IMG/VR virus record: IMGVR_UViG_3300000976_000008
Span: 207,223-271,222 of that record
Length of the DNA stretch: 64,000 bases
Reading direction: 5' to 3' (one strand)
Source: a virus
Lineage: Duplodnaviria > Heunggongvirae > Uroviricota > Caudoviricetes
Within the stretch, counting starts at the first letter, position 1, and the number at the start of each line of letters is the position of its first letter. Position numbers and translations under genes: made by a program. Under the pieces are notes generated by a model. It was not told the origin of the DNA. It was given only the letters and a program-made list of their open reading frames with translations, and searched no databases. Shown piece by piece: positions 26,280 to 35,024 of this stretch.

Positions 26280-26842
26280 GCAACCAACTCATCGAAAATC
26301 GGGACTTCCAGTTTGAAGGTACCATCGTACGTCTCGTATTCAACGAACTGATCTTCGATCTCAAGAGTTTTAACAGATTCTAGTAGGAACCATAACTTGT
26401 AGACTCCTCGCAAATCGTCGATTGGTTGATCACTTACGATCATTGCGGTAGTGCCGTCAGCGTATTTGCTCCCATCGGTTGATGCAGTGAAAAATTCCAC
26501 GTGCAATTGAGCCATCTTCAAGTGTTGTTTCAAACCTTCGAGAAGACTGCTCTCTTCATAAGTGCCAACGGTTTGGAAGTCACCATGTTCAGAAGCGATC
26601 AAGGTGATACCAAATTCCTTGACAACCGCGTTGTATCCCTCTTGGTACCATGGTTTGGCAACAAGTTGAGTCCATTCTTGCCAAGTGAGAACTCGCAAAC
26701 CTTCTTCGGTCGCTGCCATCGTCTTCTGATCGGCGGATTTTTCGACAGTGTAATTGTCATAATCCGCAGTAGGGAGTGCGACGATTTTGACTGGAACCAT
26801 GCTCTTGGTGAACATGACGATTTGGCCTTCGGAGTATTTCAT
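26276..26842 (-). CDS. Hypothetical protein
   Basis: 188-aa coupled ORF. Confidence 0.7.
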   Translation of the reverse strand: MKYSEGQIVMFTKSMVPVKIVALPTADYDNYTVEKSADQKTMAATEEGLRVLTWQEWTQLVAKPWYQEGYNAVVKEFGITLIASEHGDFQTVGTYEESSLLEGLKQHLKMAQLHVEFFTASTDGSKYADGTTAMIVSDQPIDDLRGVYKLWFLLESVKTLEIEDQFVEYETYDGTFKLEVPIFDELVA

Positions 26843-27243
26843 TGTTCCTGCGATTCCTTGAAGTGTTTCGAGTTGATGAGGGCTTGGTGAATCTTGTCGG
26901 CGAATTTCGGAACTGTTGCTTCGAGGAATTCGCGGTGTGTTTCGGCTGACGCTCCGACACTGAATCCCGCTGTCATTAATTCCAGAGCATAACGAGTTCT
27001 AATTGTTGGTGCACCTGGTTCTGTGGCATAATCGCCCAAAATATCTGTTACCCAACCTGCTATACTGGGTAAATCTGTGAGGAAAGCATTCGCAAGTCTT
27101 GGTTTACCAGTCCTGATAGTTGTATGTCGCCAATGGATGAAAATAACGTCATCAACAGCAACAGCGACCGTTCCTGGAAGTATCGGACAAATCGGCACCC
27201 CCGTTTGACAGGCAATCAAGAAAGTCTCATTTGGGTGGTGCAT
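26839..27243 (-). CDS. Hypothetical protein
   Basis: Start moved to ATG 27243 (GAGG RBS, downstream of motif 27261). Confidence 0.65.
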   Translation of the reverse strand: MHHPNETFLIACQTGVPICPILPGTVAVAVDDVIFIHWRHTTIRTGKPRLANAFLTDLPSIAGWVTDILGDYATEPGAPTIRTRYALELMTAGFSVGASAETHREFLEATVPKFADKIHQALINSKHFKESQEQ

Positions 27244-27260
27244 CAAAATCCTCTGCCTAT

Positions 27261-27288
27261 ATGTTGCGAGCCTAAGTAATATCGTTAA
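27261..27288 (-). promoter_or_regulatory. Conserved promoter-like element
   Basis: TTAAC-N14-TCGCAACAT-N5-CA. Confidence 0.7.
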
Positions 27289-27493
27289 CTGTGTATTTGG
27301 GATTGCCAAGCTTGATTTTAGCGTGCCATGCTTTCATCCACACTTGATTACCAGCTTTCAAGAAAGCGATTGCTTTATCCCTGCGAGCAGAAGGTTCACA
27401 ACTCTGTAAGAAATAGAGGGTGTCTGAATAATCATTGAAGTAATCAAAATTCTCCAACAATTTGAAATCACTCAAAACTGCTCGGACAATCAC
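27272..27493 (-). CDS. Hypothetical protein
   Basis: Coupled ORF. Confidence 0.55.
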   Translation of the reverse strand: MIVRAVLSDFKLLENFDYFNDYSDTLYFLQSCEPSARRDKAIAFLKAGNQVWMKAWHAKIKLGNPKYTVNDIT

Positions 27494-27921
27494 TTGTCGC
27501 TCCCCGACAAGTCGTCAGCGATCATCGTAATATGATCCATGAATGCGAGAGCAGAAATATCGCCAGGTAGTCGTGGCATGTCTTCGTCAAGATAAGCCAA
27601 GGCAATCGCAGTAGTTCCGCCTTTGATTTCGGGATCACTCTCTATCGCGTCAAAGGCTCGCCTCCAGCCATCCACTTTAGAGCGAATCCATGCAACTGTG
27701 ATTTCATTCAGTTCTCTTGCTCTAGAAGGGCTGTAAACTGGATGACGCTTGTTGAAATCCCTCAGACGGTCTGGGATATCATCCTGATCGATTCCCACTT
27801 CCAACGTAGCCCCATCGGATCGTTGGAACGTGACGAGATCAGGATTGATGCTGACCGCAGTCCACTGTGGTGTGATCTCTTCACAAAATCGATTTGCTCT
27901 ATTTTGCAACACTTCGTTCAT
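27490..27921 (-). CDS. Hypothetical protein
   Basis: Coupled ORF. Confidence 0.65.
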   Translation of the reverse strand: MNEVLQNRANRFCEEITPQWTAVSINPDLVTFQRSDGATLEVGIDQDDIPDRLRDFNKRHPVYSPSRARELNEITVAWIRSKVDGWRRAFDAIESDPEIKGGTTAIALAYLDEDMPRLPGDISALAFMDHITMIADDLSGSDK

Positions 27922-28292
27922 TTCGAATCTCTCACGTACAAGACCATATCACGAGCAGTCGTGTGGTCACCATGTGGTTTGGTCATCTCTCTGATCATTT
28001 CATCAAAATTCTGTCTGTGATTAACTCTTGTGTTCCGTTTTTCTCTTTTAGAGAAGGCTCTCACAATCGCCTCAACGATATAGATCCTATCACCGTGTAA
28101 GACCTTCCCAGGTCCCCACCATTTTCCAATCATCTGGTATTCGGTCAATACGACAATATCGCTATCTGGATCATCAAGACATCTACTATTGAGAGTCATC
28201 TCATAATTAGAGATCCCATTTGATGCACCGGTTCGAACATTCTCGATTAGGCACATCAAATAGGAAGCAGCCTTAGCCATTATTTCCAGCAC
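27918..28292 (-). CDS. Paralogue family A protein
   Basis: YEMTLNSRCLDDPDSDIVVL...VLHGDRIYIV. Confidence 0.6.
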   Translation of the reverse strand: MLEIMAKAASYLMCLIENVRTGASNGISNYEMTLNSRCLDDPDSDIVVLTEYQMIGKWWGPGKVLHGDRIYIVEAIVRAFSKREKRNTRVNHRQNFDEMIREMTKPHGDHTTARDMVLYVRDSK

Positions 28293-29812
28293 CAGTTGAA
28301 GTCTTTACGGCGATCAAGGACCTTAGAGAGCATGTCGGTCAACTTTCCGGCATACTCTTCGTCGTGGATATCGTAACCGAGACCGTGGACGAATTCGTGG
28401 AGTGCGAGAGAAAGCATTCGATTCCGGTCAGTTAGCTTGAACCTCTTCTTCCAAGACTTGCTGTAAGTCCCTCTCTGTTCAACCACTTCCGCCGCAGCAA
28501 GGTAATAGATCTTCCCATAGTCCCCTTCCTCATATTCGGCCACAGTATCATCGGAGAAGATGAATCCAATAGCGAATGAGGCTTCATGTTCGAACGTGCG
28601 GTGCAGTTGGAGCATAAGACGCCCCCAAATCCTCGCTAGTTTCTTGCTGTAAGTTGAGAATTCTTCACTGTCCGGTTTGTAGTATTCCGGAACGACAAGA
28701 TCCGTTTCGTTCTTGATGACGAATTCTTCGTTGATCGCAACATCGACGTACTCTACATGTGGTGCAGAACCATGAGACGGTGCTTTTGCTGATGGTCGAG
28801 TAAGAGTGGCTACACTCTCCCCATTTTCAGCATGACCTCCATCGTACCCACCTTGAACAATTGACGTCAGTATTGGACGTTCTGCAATGATTGTTTCACC
28901 GTCTGTTGCATCAGAATCAGGAACAGTTGCTGTAGTCGTAGCAGTATTCCCCATGATGGTACTAGTAGTAGCTGATACCTTCGAATGAGATATTTTCTGA
29001 CCAGCATAGTGAATGTACCGTTCCTGTCGAGGCTTCAAAGCCGAACGCTTGTCAACTGAGATTTCAGTAACGAACGTTGACAATTCTTGGCGGTATTGCC
29101 AAGCGAGACCGTCACGATTTGCTGTCAGAACATCGATGGAAGCACCATCCAATTCGAGGACGACGCATCGATCAAGACCACAACTTTGGATGAACATCGG
29201 TTGACCATTGATGCGAACAACCAGTTTGTATTCTGTGGATTTGTTCGTATAAACCTGGCCGAACCCAAGGTGTCGTCGTGGAGTTCCCTTACGCATGTTT
29301 GCGTAACATTCTTCCCCATTGTACGAGAAGACACCCTTCCACTGTGCGTAAAAGCAAAACTCGTTGAATTGATGCTTCAGAGAGCTACGAACATCGCCTT
29401 TCATGACGACTGTTGTCTTTGTGCCATCGAGAAATTCGGCGTGTTCGTCAAGTTCGTAACTTCCGCCAGAGCCTTCCGCGACGTAATTGGCTGTGTGAAC
29501 ACGCCATGATAGATGCGTGAACAGAAGCAATTCTTTGGCTTTTCCGAAACCGCCGACCGAACCTTCACAGTTCTTGCCAGAAGAACCAAGTGATAGTAAC
29601 TTGTTGACGAGGATATCGCGAGTCATTGGCGATCCATCATTCGTCACTTCTACGAGCGTGTTTCCTTGATCGTTCAAGGATACCACGTAATCGATGCTCC
29701 CGGAACCGGCGTCCATCGAGTTCTGATTAATTTCGCGAATCCACGCCCACTGCCAGTTGTTGTAATCGTTGATTGCTTTGGAAAAGAACTCGGGACCAAT
29801 TGCGACCTGCAT
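28280..29812 (-). CDS. GHKL (HATPase_c) ATPase with a C-terminal zincin-like HExxH domain
   Basis: REINQNSMDAG (N box), NDGSPM (G1), GGFGKAK (G2), GTKTTV; C-terminal LHEFVHGLG..IHD. Confidence 0.8.
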   Translation of the reverse strand: MQVAIGPEFFSKAINDYNNWQWAWIREINQNSMDAGSGSIDYVVSLNDQGNTLVEVTNDGSPMTRDILVNKLLSLGSSGKNCEGSVGGFGKAKELLLFTHLSWRVHTANYVAEGSGGSYELDEHAEFLDGTKTTVVMKGDVRSSLKHQFNEFCFYAQWKGVFSYNGEECYANMRKGTPRRHLGFGQVYTNKSTEYKLVVRINGQPMFIQSCGLDRCVVLELDGASIDVLTANRDGLAWQYRQELSTFVTEISVDKRSALKPRQERYIHYAGQKISHSKVSATTSTIMGNTATTTATVPDSDATDGETIIAERPILTSIVQGGYDGGHAENGESVATLTRPSAKAPSHGSAPHVEYVDVAINEEFVIKNETDLVVPEYYKPDSEEFSTYSKKLARIWGRLMLQLHRTFEHEASFAIGFIFSDDTVAEYEEGDYGKIYYLAAAEVVEQRGTYSKSWKKRFKLTDRNRMLSLALHEFVHGLGYDIHDEEYAGKLTDMLSKVLDRRKDFNWCWK

Positions 29813-29927
29813 GGCAAACTCCTGGGGATAGAGGAGAGACTATCGAGCATTGGCTGATGTTACCACTTCAGTGACTCGATTGCGGGTGCTGAGCAACTTA
29901 ATTGCACCCTATCTCTCTGACCCTATT

Positions 29928-29955
29928 ATGTTGCGAATTACCCTGTATTAGTTAA
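29928..29955 (-). promoter_or_regulatory. Conserved promoter-like element
   Basis: TTAAC-N14-TCGCAACAT. Confidence 0.7.
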
Positions 29956-29966
29956 TTTCGAGGGTA

Positions 29967-30452
29967 TTATTTCTTCAGTGCTGTTATCTCTTTTTCGAGT
30001 CTCTTCTGTTCTTTCTTACAAGACTTCAGCTCAGAAGATAACTCTGAAACGAGATTATCTATGGCTTCTTGTTCAGTAGCCCACCCGACACAATGTTCAT
30101 CTGTGACATACTTATCATCCCAAGTCTTACCAACGATTCTCGCCACTTGTTGACTACTGGATTCGACTTTGCATCGGACACTCCATAAATTGGCGGCTAT
30201 GCATCCCGCACAATCACACGCATCAACAGGCTTGACTCCTGCTGGCTTCAGAAGCTCCGCATCAATTACAGTGATTTTCACGACAGCTTGCTTGCAAGTC
30301 TGCCAGAACGATTGACCAACCAGGTCGGTATCAGGCGAAAATTTGAAGGTGAAGGGCTGCATGATGTTCCTTGAGAAGGGTGGGCCAATAGTTGTTGCAA
30401 ACCTGACCTGGGTCATAAATGGCCGACCCTTCTCGCGGTTCCTTTGTTTCAA
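29967..30452 (-). CDS. Hypothetical protein (start possibly 30362)
   Basis: CxCxxC motif, coiled-coil tail. Confidence 0.6.
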   Translation of the reverse strand: MKQRNREKGRPFMTQVRFATTIGPPFSRNIMQPFTFKFSPDTDLVGQSFWQTCKQAVVKITVIDAELLKPAGVKPVDACDCAGCIAANLWSVRCKVESSSQQVARIVGKTWDDKYVTDEHCVGWATEQEAIDNLVSELSSELKSCKKEQKRLEKEITALKK

Positions 30453-30640
30453 ACAGATGGGAGTAGTGAACTGATGAACTCTAATAAGAATCCGATCACA
30501 ATAAGCAGCAAGTGTAATCCGTAGTAGAGAGCCGTTGAGAAAACCACAATTCCAAGAGACAGTTTCACCTTATCCTTTCGATAAGGTGATTCCAACATAT
30601 CCTTGATCCAAATGGCTATTTTCGAAGTGTACTTTACCAT
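30449..30640 (-). CDS. Small membrane protein
   Basis: Hydrophobic C-terminal half. Confidence 0.55.
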   Translation of the reverse strand: MVKYTSKIAIWIKDMLESPYRKDKVKLSLGIVVFSTALYYGLHLLLIVIGFLLEFISSLLPSV

Positions 30641-31032
30641 TCGAACTTAGCATCCTTTTCGCCTTGGGCACGCCTCTGACCAAGCTTTCTAGCCTCCAAC
30701 ACACCTTCTCTGAAAATTTCACCAATCTCTCTGGTCAAGTTTGGTTTATTGGGTTCGTTTGCGATGTATCTCATAATTCCGAACACATGGAGTTCGATAG
30801 TGCCGACAGAAACCAAAACGATGCACGATAGCATCCCGCCAGCAACATTGCTAGGTATGCAAGTCTTAATCCGAATGGAGTCACGATCGAATGAAGCCTC
30901 AATTGCTCGACTAGTTCTGAAACGACCAATAGTGGCCTCGAATATGTCCGTAGCTTGAGCTAAGAGAACATCAGAGCCAACTTTTTCGGCAATAAAAGAA
31001 AGTGTATCCATCAGTATGAATCCAACAAGCAA
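30634..31032 (-). CDS. Hypothetical protein
   Basis: Coupled ORF. Confidence 0.6.
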   Translation of the reverse strand: MLVGFILMDTLSFIAEKVGSDVLLAQATDIFEATIGRFRTSRAIEASFDRDSIRIKTCIPSNVAGGMLSCIVLVSVGTIELHVFGIMRYIANEPNKPNLTREIGEIFREGVLEARKLGQRRAQGEKDAKFEW

Positions 31033-31244
31033 AGTTTGCGAACCTCATCCCGAAAAGGACGATAAGACGCTGCCCAAATTTCGACACGTCCACGACCAGT
31101 TGTTAATTGGTCTATGATCCATTGGTTTATGCGATGGAAGCTGGAACGATGGAAGAATTCCAATTGTCCACCCACAGAGACAAGTTTTCCAGTGACCCAA
31201 AAGGATCGTCGATTCTTCGGAGGACGTTTGGTTACTATCCTCAT
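31011..31244 (-). CDS. Hypothetical basic protein
   Basis: Coupled ORF. Confidence 0.55.
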   Translation of the reverse strand: MRIVTKRPPKNRRSFWVTGKLVSVGGQLEFFHRSSFHRINQWIIDQLTTGRGRVEIWAASYRPFRDEVRKLCLLDSY

Positions 31245-31726
31245 TTGGAGATCCCAGGGGCTGTAGCAGCGGGGTCTGACATGTATGCGATCTCAGCAGA
31301 TCGATCAGCTAGACGTCCAAAGATTTCTCTGACTTCATCTTCGCTCAAACGGTTCAGAAGCTCAAGGTAACTCGGACCCTCTCCCATTCGTTCATCGTGC
31401 GTCGTTTCAGATGCGAGAGCATCCCAAAGTGTTTGGAGATCTCCCTCAACTCGTTCGAGAGCTTTAGCGGCTTCTGACTTTTCAGCGGGTTCCTTGGCTT
31501 CTGGAAGATCTGGAGACCACCATCCGCCACCATTGTTTTCGAGTTCTTCGTCTGAGATCTCGAATACTTCTGGACCCTCCCAAGCGACCAGAACAGCACG
31601 GAGAATAAATTCATCCCCCCGCAAATCCTGGAGTGGTTCGTCATCATTCGTCCAAATTGCAGAGTGAGTAAAACCGTCTCGGACGACGGTAACAGTGTGA
31701 TCGGCGACGTTGATTGTTACTTTCAT
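31241..31726 (-). CDS. Acidic hypothetical protein
   Basis: Coupled ORF. Confidence 0.7.
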   Translation of the reverse strand: MKVTINVADHTVTVVRDGFTHSAIWTNDDEPLQDLRGDEFILRAVLVAWEGPEVFEISDEELENNGGGWWSPDLPEAKEPAEKSEAAKALERVEGDLQTLWDALASETTHDERMGEGPSYLELLNRLSEDEVREIFGRLADRSAEIAYMSDPAATAPGISK

Positions 31727-32187
31727 GCTGCTACACCCAACTGTTCAAGTTTACCATCCCAGAGAAGACCCAACTCAGTGTGCCACTGATCTTGGAGCTT
31801 GCAGAAAACGTCATCGCATCTATCAGCGATATTGCTACCCATTGATTCTTGGTACTCTTCGTCCCAATCCCAGCCATCTTCTTCGATGTACTCGGCGAAT
31901 TTAGCGATCAGGGCAACGATCTGCTTGCCTGTCTCGGTGCGGTCAAGAGCAGTGACAATTGTCTCCAACAGTTTTGGAGTGCAGTAGCCATTATCGACCC
32001 ATTGACAGAATCCGCCATTTTCAATCTGTTGGTTCATCTTACCAAGCAGAACAACTTCTCTCATCAACTGAGAATCGCAATTCAGAACCATCTCTTCGAA
32101 GTTCCAATTCTGATTTTCAGGTTTTTGCCATTCAGCGTAGGCAACATTTAGGGCCGCTTGCCATGCCTTTTCGAGTCCGGGATTCAT
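31723..32187 (-). CDS. DMP19/DUF4375-like acidic protein (putative DNA mimic)
   Basis: QQIENGGFCQWVDNGY matches the family's NGGFxQ(F/W)xxN signature; very acidic C-terminus. Confidence 0.7.
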   Translation of the reverse strand: MNPGLEKAWQAALNVAYAEWQKPENQNWNFEEMVLNCDSQLMREVVLLGKMNQQIENGGFCQWVDNGYCTPKLLETIVTALDRTETGKQIVALIAKFAEYIEEDGWDWDEEYQESMGSNIADRCDDVFCKLQDQWHTELGLLWDGKLEQLGVAA

Positions 32188-32221
32188 GTCCTGCTCCGAG
32201 GGGTTGGGGGAATTGTCTACT

Positions 32222-32253
32222 TATTTGTTGCAAGAGGATATTCCCCGTTAATA
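32222..32253. repeat. 32-bp direct repeat, copy 1 (contains promoter motif 32225-32251)
   Basis: tatttgttgcaagaggatattccccgttaata, identical to 32543-32574. Confidence 0.9.
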
Positions 32254-32274
32254 TCACTACCGCGTGGTCTATTG

Positions 32275-32511
32275 CTACCTAGCACCGGCAACGGTCATTT
32301 TACATAATTGTACGAATGCATCATGCTTGCACAATGACGTTACAGGTATATTGGTGAGCAGGTCATATGTAAACTCAACAGCAGTGTCGGCATGCATTGT
32401 TTTGATGTTGCCATCAACATTGATGGCAACATGATCTGTTGTAATTTTGTCACCTTTGATAGGACGTTGGATTGAGATGCCTGCGTGTCGTGCGAGTTCG
32501 AATGTTTGCAT
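32275..32511 (-). CDS. Hypothetical protein flanked by the direct repeats
   Basis: 78-aa ORF between two identical promoter copies. Confidence 0.65.
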   Translation of the reverse strand: MQTFELARHAGISIQRPIKGDKITTDHVAINVDGNIKTMHADTAVEFTYDLLTNIPVTSLCKHDAFVQLCKMTVAGAR

Positions 32512-32542
32512 ATTCTTCTTTCAAGTTTGGTGAATAAACACC

Positions 32543-32574
32543 TATTTGTTGCAAGAGGATATTCCCCGTTAATA
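32543..32574. repeat. 32-bp direct repeat, copy 2 (contains promoter motif 32546-32572)
   Basis: Identical to 32222-32253. Confidence 0.9.
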
Positions 32575-32575
32575 C

Positions 32576-32609
32576 AACGATGGCCCATCCTGAATGATGA
32601 GCCATCGTT
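32576..32609 (-). terminator. Hairpin, probable terminator
   Basis: AACGATGGC..CATC / GATG..GCCATCGTT inverted repeat after the stop of 32631..33296. Confidence 0.55.
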
Positions 32610-32630
32610 CCCCGAGTCGCCAAAGACGTC

Positions 32631-33296
32631 TTACTTGACGTATTGGACGCATCCGCTCCCCATCGCCTCACAGACTTGTGCCATCTTCGTCGTATCATTT
32701 CCGCAGATTGCAGCGAGTCGCTGCATGACGCCAGGACGATAAGACCGCTTCTCTTTCGCAGTGAGAAGATCTTCGACCGCTTCGCCGTCCAGAGTTTCAG
32801 TCTCAACCATTTCAGCCATCGCGGCTTCGATATGCTTGCCGAGAATGTCCATGACTCCATCGCGAGCCAGAATTCCCCGATCGAATCCGAAGACAGTCTC
32901 TTCGTAGACCATGTCGTCAACACCGTCTTCGCCGAGAATCTGGGTCAAAGCTTCAACCGAATCGTCCGAGACACCGTACTGGTTCCGTTCTTGAACAACA
33001 AGAGTTGCTGACGCACCATCGGGATTCACGACCTTCATTGGTGTGTCTGGGAAAACGCTATTCGCAGCGTAAGTCTGGCAGAACTGCGTCTTTGCATGAC
33101 GTAGTACGACTGCTTTGTGAGCCGTGAGCTTGGTTTCAGTCTTCTTTTTCTCTGCGTTGAGAACAGCGATCTGTCCAATGGCCTTGGCAACAGGTCCCGT
33201 GGCTTCATCGGAGCCGACTGACCACGTGGTGCCTTTGCTCTTCTTTGCTTTTGGCTTGTTTGATGTTTTGCTTGCTGCTTTTGCGAAAACTGACAC
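32631..33296 (-). CDS. Hypothetical protein
   Basis: 221-aa ORF, AGGAG RBS, GTG start, Lys-rich N-terminus. Confidence 0.75.
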   Translation of the reverse strand: MSVFAKAASKTSNKPKAKKSKGTTWSVGSDEATGPVAKAIGQIAVLNAEKKKTETKLTAHKAVVLRHAKTQFCQTYAANSVFPDTPMKVVNPDGASATLVVQERNQYGVSDDSVEALTQILGEDGVDDMVYEETVFGFDRGILARDGVMDILGKHIEAAMAEMVETETLDGEAVEDLLTAKEKRSYRPGVMQRLAAICGNDTTKMAQVCEAMGSGCVQYVK

Positions 33297-33353
33297 TTGA
33301 AATCTCCTGGGTTAACAATGCTGTCGCTGCGGCTGATTTGCCGTGATATCAAT

Positions 33354-33380
33354 ATTTTGCAGTCAGGAAGACCCTGTTAA
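33354..33380 (-). promoter_or_regulatory. Conserved promoter-like element (variant)
   Basis: TTAAC-N13-CTGCAAAAT-N5-TA. Confidence 0.55.
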
Positions 33381-33670
33381 ATCGGGTCTGAGTAATAGCA
33401 AACGATATCGCTGGCTTCTTCTCCGCGTTCGTTCTTCCTAATACAACAGGATATTACGCCAGGTATTATTCTAGAAGAGGGTTTCAAAAAGATCGTCTCC
33501 GCTAGTTCACCAACTGTCTTGCATTTTGGGTATCCAACAGCAAGTTTGGTTATTATCTCTCGCGGTTCGTAGAAGTCATCGAATACCGCTTCGATGGTTA
33601 ATGTCTCTGGACCACCCTTGACGAATATTTTAGGATGGTAAGAAACGACCTGTTTTCCGAATTCTGGCAT
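33377..33670 (-). CDS. Hypothetical protein spanning the gap between two divergent motifs
   Basis: ATG abuts the plus-strand TTAAC; stop lies in the minus-strand TTAAC. Confidence 0.55.
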   Translation of the reverse strand: MPEFGKQVVSYHPKIFVKGGPETLTIEAVFDDFYEPREIITKLAVGYPKCKTVGELAETIFLKPSSRIIPGVISCCIRKNERGEEASDIVCYYSDPI

Positions 33671-33696
33671 TAACAGTCCCTATTCTCTTGCAACAA
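33670..33696 (+). promoter_or_regulatory. Conserved promoter-like element, plus orientation
   Basis: TTAAC-N13-TTGCAACAA-N5-CA, directly upstream of the plus-strand operon. Confidence 0.78.
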
Positions 33697-33726
33697 AAAC
33701 GCATAATCACGAGTGGAGTAAATGAC

Positions 33727-34458
33727 ATGATGCTAGAAGTTACAGAAGATCAGTACATTTACCCGCCACGACCGAAAACGGCAATGCCCTTCGAAGACGT
33801 CGAGTTCTTCGCAGAAATCGGGTGGGGCTGGCAGTACAAGGTCAACGATTCAAGATGCCTGATCAAGTATCTACCAGATGGTAGCGTTGAATTGTGGAAC
33901 AGGCACGCTGAACGGTTCCGTTCCTACAATCTCCCCGATTGGCTCGAAGACCAATTGGTGGCTACGAAGAAAGCTCTGGGACTTGTTGATGGCGAATTGC
34001 ACATCTTAGATGGTGGCCTTCTCGACCAAAAGCACGCAGCAATCAAGGATACAATTGTAATCTGGGATATTCTTGTCCGAAGTGGGAAGCACCTACTAGG
34101 GACGACATGCCTAGAACGATTCAACTCTATCGCTGTCGGAACGACAGATTTCAAATTCTCACATGAATCCTACGAAGCACCAATTAAGTTTGGTAGGAAT
34201 TATGATGGTAGTCCGAATGTGTTTCACCTAGAGTGGAATCCGGATGGAGATCTTGCTTCCGCATGGCAGACCGTTCAAAACGTCAATAAGCCATATACAA
34301 ATGGAAAGCCTGGATGTAGTGATTATTCGATCAAACCTATCCTAGAAGGGCTTGTCTTAAAAGATGGACAAGGCCCACTTGAAATGGGTATGGTGGAGAG
34401 AAATAATGGATCTTGGATGTGTCGAAGCCGTGTCACAACAGGACGTCACCAATTCTGA
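33727..34458 (+). CDS. Stand-alone ATP-dependent ligase / capping-enzyme-type nucleotidyltransferase domain
   Basis: Motif I QYKVNDSR, WNRH, motif III ILDGGL, IIIa IWDIL, IV EGLVLK; no OB domain; GGAG RBS before ATG 33727. Confidence 0.75.
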   Translation: MMLEVTEDQYIYPPRPKTAMPFEDVEFFAEIGWGWQYKVNDSRCLIKYLPDGSVELWNRHAERFRSYNLPDWLEDQLVATKKALGLVDGELHILDGGLLDQKHAAIKDTIVIWDILVRSGKHLLGTTCLERFNSIAVGTTDFKFSHESYEAPIKFGRNYDGSPNVFHLEWNPDGDLASAWQTVQNVNKPYTNGKPGCSDYSIKPILEGLVLKDGQGPLEMGMVERNNGSWMCRSRVTTGRHQF

Positions 34459-34993
34459 ATGCAGAATTTGTGAGAAATGCCAAAAATTGCGACCAATCAC
34501 GAATTTCGCAGGCAAAGGATCTCATACAAGCAAGGATGGCACGAAGACCAAGTATCGATCCAAGATGTGTCGGAGATGTGAAAAAGCACAGAAAATTGCG
34601 TCTGGGATATGCAAAATGTGTTGCTCTCCGGCAGAGTCAGGCAAACATCACTGTCAGAAACATTTGAATTTGTTAAAAGACAGTAATAAACGCTTAAGAG
34701 AAAAGGACAAATTGGCAGCGTTTGAATATTATGGTTCGCTTTGCCAATTTTGTGGCGAATCAATCGAATTGTTCTTAACAATCGACCACAAAAACAATGA
34801 TGGAGCAGAGCATAGACGAAAACTACGATCAGGAAACAATCGTGGGCATGACATCTATGCTTGGCTTCGAAAGAATCAATATCCTGAGGGGTTCCAAACG
34901 CTTTGTTTCAATTGTAATGCGGCGAAACATATTTATGGCGAAAAGCCGCTTCTAGAAGAATTAACAAAACACTCAAGGTGTGTTGTTCAATAA
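34364..34993 (+). CDS. HNH-type endonuclease with zinc fingers
   Basis: CxxC...LTIDHKNNDG...YPEGFQTLCFNCN..K plus several N-terminal CxxC; start uncertain. Confidence 0.75.
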   Translation: MDKAHLKWVWWREIMDLGCVEAVSQQDVTNSECRICEKCQKLRPITNFAGKGSHTSKDGTKTKYRSKMCRRCEKAQKIASGICKMCCSPAESGKHHCQKHLNLLKDSNKRLREKDKLAAFEYYGSLCQFCGESIELFLTIDHKNNDGAEHRRKLRSGNNRGHDIYAWLRKNQYPEGFQTLCFNCNAAKHIYGEKPLLEELTKHSRCVVQ

Positions 34994-35024
34994 GAACTAT
35001 TTTTATTTCGAGGCAAATCAACAG

